63,719 nt of DNA, filler included, from Octopus bimaculoides (GCF_001194135.2; 6 parts of 6 records of this genome joined end to end with filler, not necessarily neighbours in it), one strand, 5' to 3'; positions 38,343 to 51,676 are shown, counted from the whole stretch's first letter. Numbers and translations: made by a program. The notes: generated from the sequence alone by a model not told the origin.

Positions 38343-39458
38343 GTTGTTGTTATTGTTGTTAGTATTATATGTTTGACTTTTATTTTATATTTGCATAAGT
38401 TGATTCCAAATCTCACCCAGAGACTTCAAGAGACAACAAGTTAGTTCATGTTGGTATTATGCCTAGGGTATCATTATATTTGGTTTTCCACATAGTATTG
38501 TTCTAGAGAATGTTTAAGAAAACAAGAAAATTATAAGTTTATTTTTAAAATTTAAGATTACACTGACAGTATTTTACGTAGGAAATGAGCAGTTCCCATG
38601 AGCACTGTCTTTTGAATTTCTGCCATTTTGGGGTTTCCTGGTATCTAAGCTAGGTAGGAATCAGCCCCTTTTGCTATCATTTCTAGGGCACCTATGACAA
38701 CAGGTACTATTTTAGTCTTGAGGCTCCATATTTTGCCAATTTCTGTTTCAAGATCTTTATACTTGCTCAGTTTTTGGTAGGTCTTGACAGATACATTTAT
38801 GTCGATTGGGACAGTTATATTAATGAGGAGGAATGATTTTTGTTTGAAGTGTTTCAATATAATGCCTGGCCTATTCGCATCTATCTTTCGGTCAGTTTGA
38901 ACGGTGAAGTTCCAGAGGAGTAAGATGGAATCATTTCCACGGACTGGAGGTGGTTTGTGTTCCCATCAGTTTTTATTATGGGGAAGATCCAGGTTTTCGT
39001 AACTTACCCAGTGAATATATTGTGCTGCACTATCATGCCTGTTGAGATACGCTGTAGGCGCAAGAAGAGTGCACATGGAGACAACATGATCAATGGTTTC
39101 ATTTTGCTGTTTACCTACACAACATGTTGGGCTACTGCCGTTCTTTAATATGTTGACCTGGTAGTTCCTTGTAGGTAAGCATTGATCTTGGGCTGCTGTG
39201 ATAAACCCTTCTGTTTCTGATTTTAAGTTAGAAGACACTAACCATTGATGGGTGAGGGCTTTGTCAACATCGGCACTATTAGCTCTCTTTGGATATTTGC
39301 CATTGAAAGGTTTTTCTTGCCCTTTATCAGTAAGAATATCTAAAGCAGCAGTTTTAGTACGGGTTTTCATACGCTTAGTTTTTCTGTGCTTGTTTCCAGT
39401 ACGTCTAATTCTGGGATTTGTTGTATTTGGAATTCTCTTAGATATTCTTTTGTCTGTT
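38311..39458 (-). mobile_element. 5'-truncated, decayed R4/Dong-like LINE with (AAT)n tail
   Basis: SETEGFITAAQDQCL, ETIDHVVSMC, RHD, DANRPGII (PD mutated to PG), VPVVIGAL, then EIQKTVLMGTAHFLRKILSV*. The tail is at 38311-38362. Confidence 0.85.
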
Positions 39459-39470
39459 TTGTTGTTGTTG

Positions 39471-39502
<32 letters not shown>

Positions 39503-39792
39503 TTATTGTTTTTTTTTCTTCTTTTTTCAAGTTTTCTTCCATTTCTCACCAAAATGTTTCCCGTACACCTAGGGCAGAGAAGCTCATTGTGCGCATTCCC
39601 AGATAACACACGCAAATTCACAGGTAAAATATGTATTTAAAAAATTGATAAATAAATAAATTCATAAATGGATGTTGTTTTCACAGCGATAATGCTCTTC
39701 TCAGTACATGAGTCGTTTCAGTTAACACGATTTTTTGCACTTCCTGTAGGGATGGTAAGCCTGGTATCATTTTCAAATAGGTTTCAGTACCC

Positions 39793-39796
<4 letters not shown>
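39459..39796 (-). mobile_element. 3' end of a second R4/Dong-like LINE between two (AAT)n tracts
   Basis: KGTETYLKMIPGLPSLQEVQKIVLTETTHVLRRALSL* (stop at 39681-39683) is homologous to the C-terminus of the adjacent element. It is followed by a 3'UTR and an AAT/AAC tail. Confidence 0.75.
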
Positions 39797-39860
<64 letters not shown>

Positions 39861-41711
39861 NNNNNNNNNNNNNNNNNNNNNNNNNNNNNNNNNNNNNNNN
39901 NNNNNNNNNNNNNNNNNNNNNNNNNNNNNNNNNNNNNNNNNNNNNNNNNNNNNNNNNNNNNNNNNNNNNNNNNNNNNNNNNNNNNNNNNNNNNNNNNNNN
40001 NNNNNNNNNNNNNNNNNNNNNNNNNNNNNNNNNNNNNNNNNNNNNNNNNNNNNNNNNNNNNNNNNNNNNNNNNNNNNNNNNNNNNNNNNNNNNNNNNNNN
40101 NNNNNNNNNNNNNNNNNNNNNNNNNNNNNNNNNNNNNNNNNNNNNNNNNNNNNNNNNNNNNNNNNNNNNNNNNNNNNNNNNNNNNNNNNNNNNNNNNNNN
40201 NNNNNNNNNNNNNNNNNNNNNNNNNNNNNNNNNNNNNNNNNNNNNNNNNNNNNNNNNNNNNNNNNNNNNNNNNNNNNNNNNNNNNNNNNNNNNNNNNNNN
40301 NNNNNNNNNNNNNNNNNNNNNNNNNNNNNNNNNNNNNNNNNNNNNNNNNNNNNNNNNNNNNNNNNNNNNNNNNNNNNNNNNNNNNNNNNNNNNNNNNNNN
40401 NNNNNNNNNNNNNNNNNNNNNNNNNNNNNNNNNNNNNNNNNNNNNNNNNNNNNNNNNNNNNNNNNNNNNNNNNNNNNNNNNNNNNNNNNNNNNNNNNNNN
40501 NNNNNNNNNNNNNNNNNNNNNNNNNNNNNNNNNNNNNNNNNNNNNNNNNNNNNNNNNNNNNNNNNNNNNNNNNNNNNNNNNNNNNNNNNNNNNNNNNNNN
40601 NNNNNNNNNNNNNNNNNNNNNNNNNNNNNNNNNNNNNNNNNNNNNNNNNNNNNNNNNNNNNNNNNNNNNNNNNNNNNNNNNNNNNNNNNNNAAATAAGGT
40701 ACAAAACCAAGTTTTTAGTTTAATAATTCTTTTATTACCAATTTTTTTTGTGAAAAACCTCTCTGCAACTAAGATCCCTTGACTGCTTGTTTCCTTCAAA
40801 TTTTCCTTCCTTCATATACGACTTAAGGCCACATAAAGCTGGCCATGACTAAATATGGGATAGAATATGGATTGTAAATCAAATTAATGCACTTGTCAAT
40901 GTTATCTAGTGGTTGTTTTTTGAGATGTGACATCGATCATCGTTTATTACTGAAAGAACGCTGGTTCACACATACAAACATTCACATACTTCCCTTGTAC
41001 ACGCATACACACACACACACACACATATACTCACACAGAGTTGAAACGTTGTTTGATTTTTCTTTTCAGTGATGAATGTTCACCATCCCACTTCCATTAC
41101 ACACACACACGCACACACATACACACACACACAAACATTCACATACCTCTCTTTTACATACGCACACATACTCACACAGAGTTGAAACGCTGTTTGATTT
41201 TCTTTTCACCGTAGAATTTCCATCATCCCACTACCAGTTTGCCATCACCCCTTCCTTCCTTATTCATCTATCATCCCTTCTTTTCTCATTCATATATTGT
41301 TACGGAGAAAAACACAAGAGTATTATTATAGTAGATTATCAAGGCGCCGAGCAGGCACAACTGTTTGCACGGCGAACAAAATGCTTAATGACAATTCCTC
41401 CATCTTTTTCATTCAGAGATCAAATTCCGCCGAGGTCGACTTTGCCTTTCATTCTTTCGATAAAATAAGTACCAGTCATGTACTGAAATCGATGCAATCA
41501 ACTTCACCCTCCCCTCAAAAACTTGCTGGACCCGTGCCAAAATGTAAAACTATTATTATAAATATTAGATANNNNNNNNNNNNNNNNNNNNNNNNNNNNN
41601 NNNNNNNNNNNNNNNNNNNNNNNNNNNNNNNNNNNNNNNNNNNNNNNNNNNNNNNNNNNNNNNNNNNNNNATACGATGCTCTCTACTGTATCATCTAAAT
41701 ATGTTGTTATT

Positions 41712-42077
41712 GGCACTCCGTCGCTTACGACGTCGAGGGTTCCAGTTGATCCAATCAACGGAACAGCCTGCTCGTGAAATTAACGTGCACTCCACAGACA
41801 CGTGAATACTTAACGTAGTTCTCGGGGGATATTCAGCGTGACACAGTGTGACAAGGCTGGCCTTTTGAATTACAGGCACAACAGAAACAGAAAGTAAGAG
41901 TGAGAGAAAGTTGTGGTGAAAAAGTACAGTAGGGTTCGCCACCATTCCCTGCCGGAGCCTCGTGGAGCTTTAGGTGTTTTCGCTCAATAAACACTCCCAG
42001 CGCCCGGTCTGGGAATCGAAACCGCGATCCTACGACCGCAAGTCCGCTGCCCTAACCACTGAGCCATTGTTCTTCCA
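41712..42077 (-). mobile_element. SINE family A copy
   Basis: It is colinear with the 29 kb and 32 kb copies, with a small internal deletion. Confidence 0.9.
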
Positions 42078-42203
42078 CTATCATATAAATAATATATATA
42101 TTTTTTACACAAATGTCACTTGCGTTCGTTTCCAAATCACTAGCATAAATTTTACTGAGTAAACATTGAAAAAAAAATGCGCATTTAGGAAAAATATATA
42201 ATC

Positions 42204-42435
42204 TATTGGGTTGTACAGAAAGTTCATGCCGATTTTTAAACGAAAGAAAAAGGTCAATAGATACTTGCCATTACATTTTTAATCAACCAAATATGAACCA
42301 TTTTGTTGCACAATGCATCTCTATTTTTCCTTTAACTTGAAAATACCCTCTTCCCAGAATTGAGGTGGTTTCATGGCAAATAAGTCGAAATGTTAGCTAC
42401 TATAAATCGGCACGAACTTTCCGGACAACCCAATA
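42204..42435 (-). mobile_element. Mariner-derived MITE with about 32-bp TIRs and TA ends
   Basis: Left end tattgggttgtacagaaagttcatgccgattt versus reverse complement of the right end tattgggttgtccggaaagttcgtgccgattt (3 mismatches). The interior on minus reads FWEEGIFKLKEK*RCIVQQNGSYLVD*, a mariner C-terminus. Confidence 0.85.
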
Positions 42436-42632
42436 TATACTTTCAACTTTCACTCGGTTGCTTAATTAAGAAACAATCATTTTTTCGTATTTGCATGGGG
42501 CTTTAAAGAAAACCAACTCACTTAATGATAAACTGCAGTTCCCCACCCCCACCTGCATAGGAATGTCCACAAACAATTTGAAACACTTTATCTGCAAGCG
42601 AAATGCATGCCGTTTCTAGTAAGAAACTGAGT

Positions 42633-42860
42633 ACTCTTTTAATCTTTTACTTGTTTCAGTCATTTGACTGCGGCCATGCTGGAGTACCGCCTTTAGTCGA
42701 GCAAATCGACCCCAGGACTTAATCTTTGTAAGCCTAGTACTTATCGGTCTCTTTTGCCGAACCGCTAAGTTACGGGGACGTAAACACACCAGCATCGGTT
42801 GTCAAGCGATGTTGGGGCGACAAACACAGACACACAAACATACACACACACACACACACA
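42633..42860 (-). mobile_element. SINE family B 3' half running into (CA)n and a gap
   Basis: ttgtttcagtcatttgactgcggccatgctggag...gttgtcaagcgatgttggggcgacaaacac is the reverse complement of 30505-30700. Confidence 0.85.
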
Positions 42861-44211
42861 NNNNNNNNNNNNNNNNNNNNNNNNNNNNNNNNNNNNNNNN
42901 NNNNTTAATTAATTAANNNNNNNNNNNNNNNNNNNNNNNNNNNNNNNNNNNNNNNNNNNNATATATATATATATATATATACATATGAAGTACACGCACG
43001 CACACAATCATGTATATATGCTAGTATACATAAAGCTGCATAATCTTTTTTCTGCATTTTGGTTTGTATAAAGGGCATGATTCAAAAATACGTGCTTATT
43101 CTCCACGAAAAGGAATCTGCAAGCAATTATTTTGCTGAACAATCCTCAATATTCTTTTTGTTTCATCACTTCTACGTCCCACATTTCTTTATTACACACA
43201 TGTGCACAATATTGCCTTTCATGTCATAAAGCGTAAAACAGGTTATATGAGATTAATTGGCATGAAAAATATATATAGTTTGTTTCCCATATAAAAATCT
43301 ACAACTATTGTCACGTACGAATTAGCTTGATTACGCAAATGATATCAGCATTGCATATGTTACAGAGCGCTAAGTTTAACAGAAATGTTTCGGCACATGT
43401 TTTAATGTTGCCGAGAATTCTTGTAACATTGAGTTTAGGAAAAATATATGGTTTGTTTCAGTTTGTGATCAAAGTGTATACCAAATAGACTTATATTATC
43501 TCCAACATATTTCTCCGATATATCAAAAAGCTTCAAAAATATAACTGTGGAACGTTTGATGTTTATTTTATTCACGAATGTATATGGAAATAGTTATTAC
43601 ATCTCATATTGCTTTTAATCTGAGTAGTGGTACACATAGAGATTTTCTATGAACAAATGTGGAACCAATATGAAAAATTATTAACAAATCCCTATATAAT
43701 TTCTAATTTTAACACACGGGCTGCTAAATTGAGTAAGCAGAAGTCACCCATTTTATCGACCCCCAAACGACGTAATTCAATTTAAATAAGAACAGTTGAT
43801 TTATTTATCGGTTGGTCTAATTATATACTAGGTAAATTAGAGCAACGTGTATGTACACAGGGACAATGCGTGCCACACTCTCCAAACATCTAACTTCTTT
43901 TATTGCAAAAACACTACCTAACACAAATACATTATACAACATCTATCTATCTACATATAAATGTGTTTGTGTATGTGTGTGTGCGTGCATGTGTTAAATA
44001 GTGTCCAATACAGCAGTGCTGAAATAAAATATATACACACATACATTTAAACATGCGATGTAGTTGCAGCACTCCAACAGACGGCAGCAGACGTTGTCAT
44101 GCGCTGTAAGAGCGAGCAGTGTCCTTTATGATTGACGTCGTTATGTTTACTTTGCAAGTTGTGAAATTTGTGTTTTGTGATCACTTGTATGCTGTCGTCT
44201 GCGATTTTGTC

Positions 44212-44825
44212 ATGGATAGCGAGTTGGAAAAAAAGACTCAACGTGAAATTTTGCGTTAAACCTGAGACTACTGCTTCAGACACATTAAGCATGCTTCGGC
44301 AAGCTTACAGCGACGAGGAAATTGGTCGCACGCAATGTTTCGAGTGGCACAGGCGCTTCGAAAGCGGAGGGACTTCATTAAAGGAGGATAAACAATCTGG
44401 AAGACCTGCCACATGTTTCAACCCCAGTGACGTGGATAAGATTCATCACCTTATGTATAAGAATCGTCGAAGGACAATCAACGACATTGCTGTTGTTGGT
44501 TTGTCGTATGGATCCGTGCAGGCAATCCTAATGTCTGGTTTTCTTCATGATGGCAATGCACCTTGTCATCGAGTTCTTCTCACTCTTGAATTTCTCACCA
44601 AAAACCAACATGCTGTCACTTTCGCATCCACACTATTCAGCAGATTTTGCACCGGCGGACTTCTATCTTTTCCCAAGATGATAATTCAGCTCAAATATCT
44701 TCGTTTTAAGACCCTTGTCGAGATATAGTGCCAATCGCAGAAGTGTCTCGACTCGCTTGCGGAAGACGACCTCCATGCTGAATTGAAAAAGTGGTAGAAA
44801 CGCTGGGAACTTTGTATAACTTCTT
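44212..44825 (+). mobile_element. Internally deleted mariner transposase pseudogene
   Basis: The HTH region (KRLNVKFCVK...FEWHRRFESG...SGRP) is joined directly to HDGNAPCH, then HYSADFAPADFYLFPK (a YSPDLAP-type motif) and a KRWELCI C-terminus. The first catalytic-D region is missing. Confidence 0.85.
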
Positions 44826-45360
44826 GTCCATGCTGTTTGTTGAAACATTATCAATGTTGTCATGATTCCAAACTAAGAAATCTTTTATCCCGCGTTTTAA
44901 TGTAAAAAGAAATAGTTGATGGATGTCTTGATTATTCTCGATTTAATTATATTCTGACATTTTGTATCACTGATATGGAAATATCTATGTTTACAATTAA
45001 TATAATATTAAGGGATTTTCTGATAGTGATTCCAAACAACGAAGATATGTAAAATTAAGCAAAATTTATCGTTTATATAAATAGATATAAATATATGTCT
45101 TCGGTAAATATTAATTCAGAAAAGAGATAAGGTCGCAAGCAACATAAAATTTATCGAAAGATTAGATGAACAATTTCCACAATGAAATTACAAGCAATTG
45201 GTTGATGCCAACGGTATTTAAATATCTAAGATGAACATCATAATACAGACTCCCAATAATTCTGTAACACTAAATTTGCTGCCGCCCCTGTCATTCATGC
45301 TACTCAACTAAGACATTCCAGTGTCATATACGCGCAAAATATGTCGTAATATTATTCAAA

Positions 45361-45815
45361 CAAGGCGGTGAGCTGGCAGGAATGTTAGCACTCCGGGCGA
45401 AATTCTTAGTGGTTTTTCGTCCGTCTTTAGTTTCTCAGTTAAAATTCCGCCGAGGTCGACTTTGCATTTCATCCTTTCGGGGTCGATAATTTAAGTACCA
45501 GTTGCATACTGCGGTCGATCTAATCGACTGCCCCCTCCCCAAAAATTGTTGGCCTTGTACCTAGAGTAGTAAAGAATATGATGGTTACAAGGCGGCGCGC
45601 TGGCAGAAACGTTAGCACGCCGGGCTAACTGGTTAGCAGTATTTTGTCTGTCTTTGCGTTCTGAGTTCAAATTCTGCCGAGGTCGACTTTGCCTTTCATC
45701 CATTCATCCTTGCTTTAACTGGTAGATAAATGAAGTACCAGCTGCGTCCTGGTGTTGATCTAATCGACTGACCCCATCCCTAAAAAGTTTGGTCCTAGTG
45801 CCGATGTAGAAAAGA
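45361..45815 (+). mobile_element. Two tandem copies of SINE-like family E
   Basis: caaggcggtgagctggcag...gttaaattccgccgaggtcgactttgc...gatctaatcgact...aaaagaat occurs at 45361-45577 and again at 45589-45815, where the B-box-like gagttcaaattc is intact. Confidence 0.85.
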
Positions 45816-47033
45816 ATATCATTGAAACGACAGCGTGTAAACAGCTCGAAAGTTAATAAACTGGAAACATTTGATATCGAAACATCACATCTGAGACAAG
45901 TAGTCCCTACATCCCAACACCAAAAGAATTGTGTTAGATGCGTTTCACATGGAATTAACTGGTTCTTGCTATGACAATATATGTGATGAAGTTCTATTTA
46001 ATTAGGAAATAGATATAGTCTAATTATTTAGAATACTTGCATCGAAGAAAATAAATTACATCCACTTAACAAAAATCTTTGGAAATTCACTGCGATTGTA
46101 AATACTCTGTTCAAATGAAATCAAAAGTTTAATTTCCAACCACATCAAAACTTATTTTGAATACGTTGTACATTCCCTGACTTTAATTTAGTTGAATATA
46201 AAGAACTAAAGTAATTATTTGTTTTCTCTAACGTTATTAGACTTTCACTCTCTACAACTTCAACCGCTCTCAACAGGATTTACCTTGCGATCATTATCTC
46301 TATTCAACTTCGTGGATATTATATATATTTTTTAATTGCACAGTAAGTGAGATATCCAGCACATAATTCGCCATTGGGCTATATTTATTATGAAACAACG
46401 ACAAAACAATTAAAATCATCAATTTCTCTAAGTAATACTCTAACTTCATTAACGATCTCTCACGATGGAAATAAAATAAGATTTTAAGTTGTAATGTGTC
46501 CATTAATTCGTAAATATAAAGTGAAAACGTTTTTAAGAAAGTGTAGGCATGACTGATAACGATTAGCAAGTTCGCTTTGTAACTACATCACATTCTTCTA
46601 CATCACATCGGGTCAACAATGCCTTTTGAGTGAATTCATTCGTCGGACAATCGTGTGGATCTCGTTTTGTATATGTTAATTGCTGGTAGGGACGTTGTAT
46701 TCCATTTTGAAATCGTAATATACTACCAAGTACATGAAAGTTTTATAAATTAATACTGTGTCCTAATTTTGTCTTAGCAGTGCGATACTTCCAAGAAATA
46801 TCTACATATTTTCTATATCTTTTTAGGGTCAGCACTGAAAGTCACGACATTTTGAATAAGAATGAGTGTGTATGCACATTTTAAAGATCATTGCTTTTTC
46901 ATCAGCGCCACAACCACTCGAATAGAAAAGTTTAGCTAATGCACCAACACACTAACTTACGTAAATACCAGATTCGTATATGCGTTTTGTTTGAAAGTGT
47001 CATGAGATAAATTTGAGAATTACATATATAAGT

Positions 47034-47592
<559 letters not shown>

Positions 47593-48072
47593 AGAAAATT
47601 TAAAGAATGTATATCATAGACGGATGCTATGTAAGCAGTCTTAAATTTTATTTTAATATTTTACACAAGGCCACCAATTTTGCGTCAGCGGTTTAAATCG
47701 ATTACAACGGTTCAAATGTTTAAAAAGTACCTGCTTTATCGACCCCGAAGGGATGAAATGTCGACACATGTAGCATTTGAACTTAGAATGTAAAGTCGGA
47801 ATAAATGGTATTAAGCAACTGTTTCTGCCATGGTAACGATTATATCAGTTTGCCACCTTAGATATTCTTTAAATTACAATGCAAAATTTCAGCGGCTAGA
47901 CCATGAATTGAATCCGGAACGGTGGTTCGCCATGTGGAACCTTGTCGTAAAACATCATTAATATTAACGAAAGAAGAGGTTTAAATTTTGTACTTTACTT
48001 ACTTGGGATTGATTCAATTGAATTTCAATCCCAAATGAAATCGATGTTTCAGTACTCATCGTATTAATATAC

Positions 48073-48120
<48 letters not shown>

Positions 48121-48574
48121 TACATTATATGTGTGTGTGTTTGTGTATATACGTCAGTTTTACCAAACAAAATGGATCTGACATGTAGAGAAGCAACCAT
48201 CTATAAGAACATCGATATTTAAAGAGTGCTGCAGGGCAAACGCTAAAGTGGTCGGGGTAGTCAGCAGACGAGATGTTAAAATGTCAGATACGTCGATAAA
48301 ATGTCAATTTTCTACATTTATGCACGTAAATACTCGGGAGCGTGGTTGTTCGCACATGAAATTTCCATTATGAATATATTTGAAGTTCAAATTTAGTAAA
48401 AACCAAACTAGCGTTTTACACCACCGAAACATATCGAAAATAATCAGATTTGGGCAATCTTTCTAAGCTACATGTTTTCATCTAATTTCCAGATGATACT
48501 TTATTCGTTTGTAGCTAATACAGTGTACAGAAATGTATATACTAATAGCAAAACTATATATATACTAATATATA

Positions 48575-48732
48575 TACAAGAATAAGAGGAATGACCAGCA
48601 AATATGGATTCCTGAATGCTAGAAATAGATGCCGAATCATCCAACCACGAAAAAGAATGTTGTTGGATGATTCGGCATCTATTTCTAGCATTCAGGAATC
48701 CACATTTGCTGGTCATTTCTCTTATTCTTGTA
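48575..48732. repeat. Near-perfect 71-bp inverted repeat (MITE-like hairpin)
   Basis: 48575-48645 and 48662-48732 are reverse complements with 2 differences, separated by a 16-nt loop. Both termini are TA. Confidence 0.9.
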
Positions 48733-49522
48733 TGTAATATAATTTTAATCTTCGGGTTTTTTAATATGCTAGACCACTGGTTTTAATTGATCAATATCAA
48801 TTTCTACCCTCATTAATGAATTTTTAAATATATACTAATATATACTAATAGCAAAACTAAAAGCATAAAACTTGAAAAAATTATATACAGCGTTATATGT
48901 TTTCATATCTTTAGAGGAAACATGAAGGCAAAAATAGATTTAATTGCATAAATTAGATGTAAACGTCAAATGGAAAATTCAATACGTACATTAAGGCAAC
49001 GTAACAGTATTAGATAACATGATACACAGGTTTCGATTATTTCGAAAAATAAAACAGAACATTACCTTATTTGTGCTACTAAATATGGAAAATAAGTTGA
49101 AAAATATTGATTACACCCAGTAAGAAATACACGATGATCGAATGCAGCATCAGCAGCAGGAGTAGCATCAACTGCGACAGCTAACCACTTCATAGAGTTC
49201 AGTTTTGTAAATTTACGAAACGAGAAAAAAAAATCTATAAAAAATATCCCAAAATTAGAATAAACATTCTCATTAGCAGACGCATTACAAGGTAAAAAAA
49301 AAATATATATGTATATATGTTTTCTGGAATCTAATTTCATTTTTTTCTCTTCATTGTCAGGTGTGTATACCTTCAGTAACTACTTTTATTGTATTGTACT
49401 TTTTAATATATATATATATACAACACACAAATGTATTACATAATGTAAATATATATTCCGGCGAGTACACATACAAAAATATGAATCGGAATTATGCTTT
49501 TAGCAAGTATTACATCAGTTAA

Positions 49523-49872
49523 GTGGAGGCGCAATGACCCAGTGGTTAGGGCAGCGGACTTGCGGTCGTAGGATCGCTGTTTCGAATCCCAGACAGGGCT
49601 TTATGAGTGTTTATTGAGCGAAGACACCTAAACTCCACGAGGCTCCGGCAGGGAGTGGTGCGTACCCTGCTATACTCTTTCACCACAACTTTCTCTCACT
49701 TTTCTTTGCTGTTTCTTTTGTACCTGTATTTCAAAGGGCCAGCCTTGTCGCATTCTGTGTCATGCTGAGTGCTCTCTCTCAATAAACACTCACAATTACC
49801 GGTCTGGGAATCGAAACCGCGATCCCACGACTGCGAGTCCACTGCCCTAACCACTGGGCCAGTGCATCTCCA
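49523..49872. mobile_element. Two SINE family A fragments in opposite orientation
   Basis: A plus-strand head and body (49523-49770) is followed directly by a minus-strand head (49776-49872). Confidence 0.85.
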
Positions 49873-51043
49873 CACGTCAATTTGCAACACTCGAAGGCTT
49901 AGCCCCTTGTTGGCAAGAAAGAAATAAGGTAGATAATTTTTTTTTTTTTTTTTTGGTAAACTAACCTTCCATGTTATTTGGAAATGGGTATAAACTTCCG
50001 TATGATATGACATCTAAACTGATCAATATATTGAAGAATATAATTCCCAGATATTTTGTCCACTATTCGAACCTCATTCCAAGGCTACAAAACTATTGCT
50101 TGATATGTCTACGGAATATAGCGCAAAGCATGACAGAAACGACAAGGAACAGAATGTAGAGAGAAAAAAGCTTATAACATTAAAGAAATACTAGCAGTCA
50201 AAGCCATTGTATTCGTAGACGAAGTTCGCTAATTAAATAAACACTATGCGACCATACTTTTGAATGTAAACATATTTAACCGCAGGGCTTATTTACATAG
50301 TGACGCGAAACGTATATTTATAACACGAATACATTGAATTTTACTTACAACGAATCCACCTATATCCGCTATTTATTTTATTTATATATCAAAAGATATG
50401 ACTGTTGTGTCAATAACAGATTTAAATAATGATAGCCATGATGATGATGTAGATAATAGTTGTAATACTGATGTTAATAATGGTGGTGAACTTGGTGGTG
50501 ATAACGAGGTTGTTGATGAACTTTGAGAGAAGAAGAAAGACAATTAATAACAGTTCTGAATGATATGTCTGAAACTGGCGTTGTAGAGGTGGACGACATT
50601 GAGATCAGCAGTTGGTATATACTCACCGTTTACAAACCGACAAGGTCACGTATTCAGGTAGGAAGTGGAGACCTGTAATCTATTTGTATGACATAGGTTC
50701 CTTCTTTAATCAATATTGCAACGATCTTAAGCAAATATGTATTGAACAAGATTTCACGACGAATGTAATAACCAGAATAAACCAGGCATGACATAATTTA
50801 CCTGTTACTTGTTTCACACATAGACTGTGGCCATACCGGAGCATTTCTTTCAAGCATTTCTTCGAACAAATCGCGTCAAGTGATGCTATTGAGTTAGTCA
50901 TGGGCAGGGCCGATTCATACATACACGCATACATACATGCATATTTACTAATGTATCTATCTATCTATCTATCTATTTATCAATCTGTCTATTTATATAT
51001 ATATCCCTTTCTCCCACCCTCTCTCTCTCTCTCTCTCTCGCTC

Positions 51044-51079
<36 letters not shown>

Positions 51080-51471
51080 NNNNNNNNNNNNNNNNNNNNN
51101 NNNNNNNNNNNNNNNNNNNNNNNNNNNNNNNNNNNNNNNNNNNNNNNNNNNNNNNNNNNNNNNNNNNNNNNNNNNNNNNNNNNNNNNNNNNNNNNNNNNN
51201 NNNNNNNNNNNNNNNNNNNNNNNNNNNNNNNNNNNNNNNNNNNNNNNNNNNNNNNNNNNNNNNNNNNNNNNNNNNNNNNNNNNNNNNNNNNNNNNNNNNN
51301 NNNNNNNNNNNNNNNNNNNNNNNNNNNNNNNNNNNNNNNNNNNNNNNNNNNNNNNNGGAGAGTAGTGTTGTTCTCCTGAAGCATTGTGTAATGTTTGTAA
51401 AATATAATGTGTTTTGAATGGCACAGCAATGCACTATAGTAACAGAAATGCTTTCTGAATAAATTCCTAGG

Positions 51472-51512
51472 GATATCTGAAGAAGGAATTTTATATTCCG
51501 AAATACTACATC
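51472..51512 (+). ncRNA. Degenerate hammerhead-like motif
   Basis: GATAT-CTGAAGA-A-GGAAT tttat ATTCC-GAAA-TACT-ACATC. The core and helix II are perfect and helix I pairs 4 of 5, but U16.1 is not conserved. Confidence 0.4.
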
Positions 51513-51625
51513 AAACTATGGATAATCAAATTACACCAGTTACTATAGTCCATTGTTGTTATTATAGTGCATTGTCGTGCCATTCAAAACACATTACTTT
51601 GTACACACACACAAACACACACAAA

Positions 51626-51676
<51 letters not shown>

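Noticed and set aside
49523-49600. tRNA gene calls at SINE heads (also about 32440-32515, 62167-62235, 29949-30020)
   Set aside because: They have A/B-box-like sequence but continue into multi-copy SINE bodies and do not close a proper acceptor stem.
50300-50320. GCGAAACGTA as a hammerhead 3' half
   Set aside because: No upstream core or helix II could be found.
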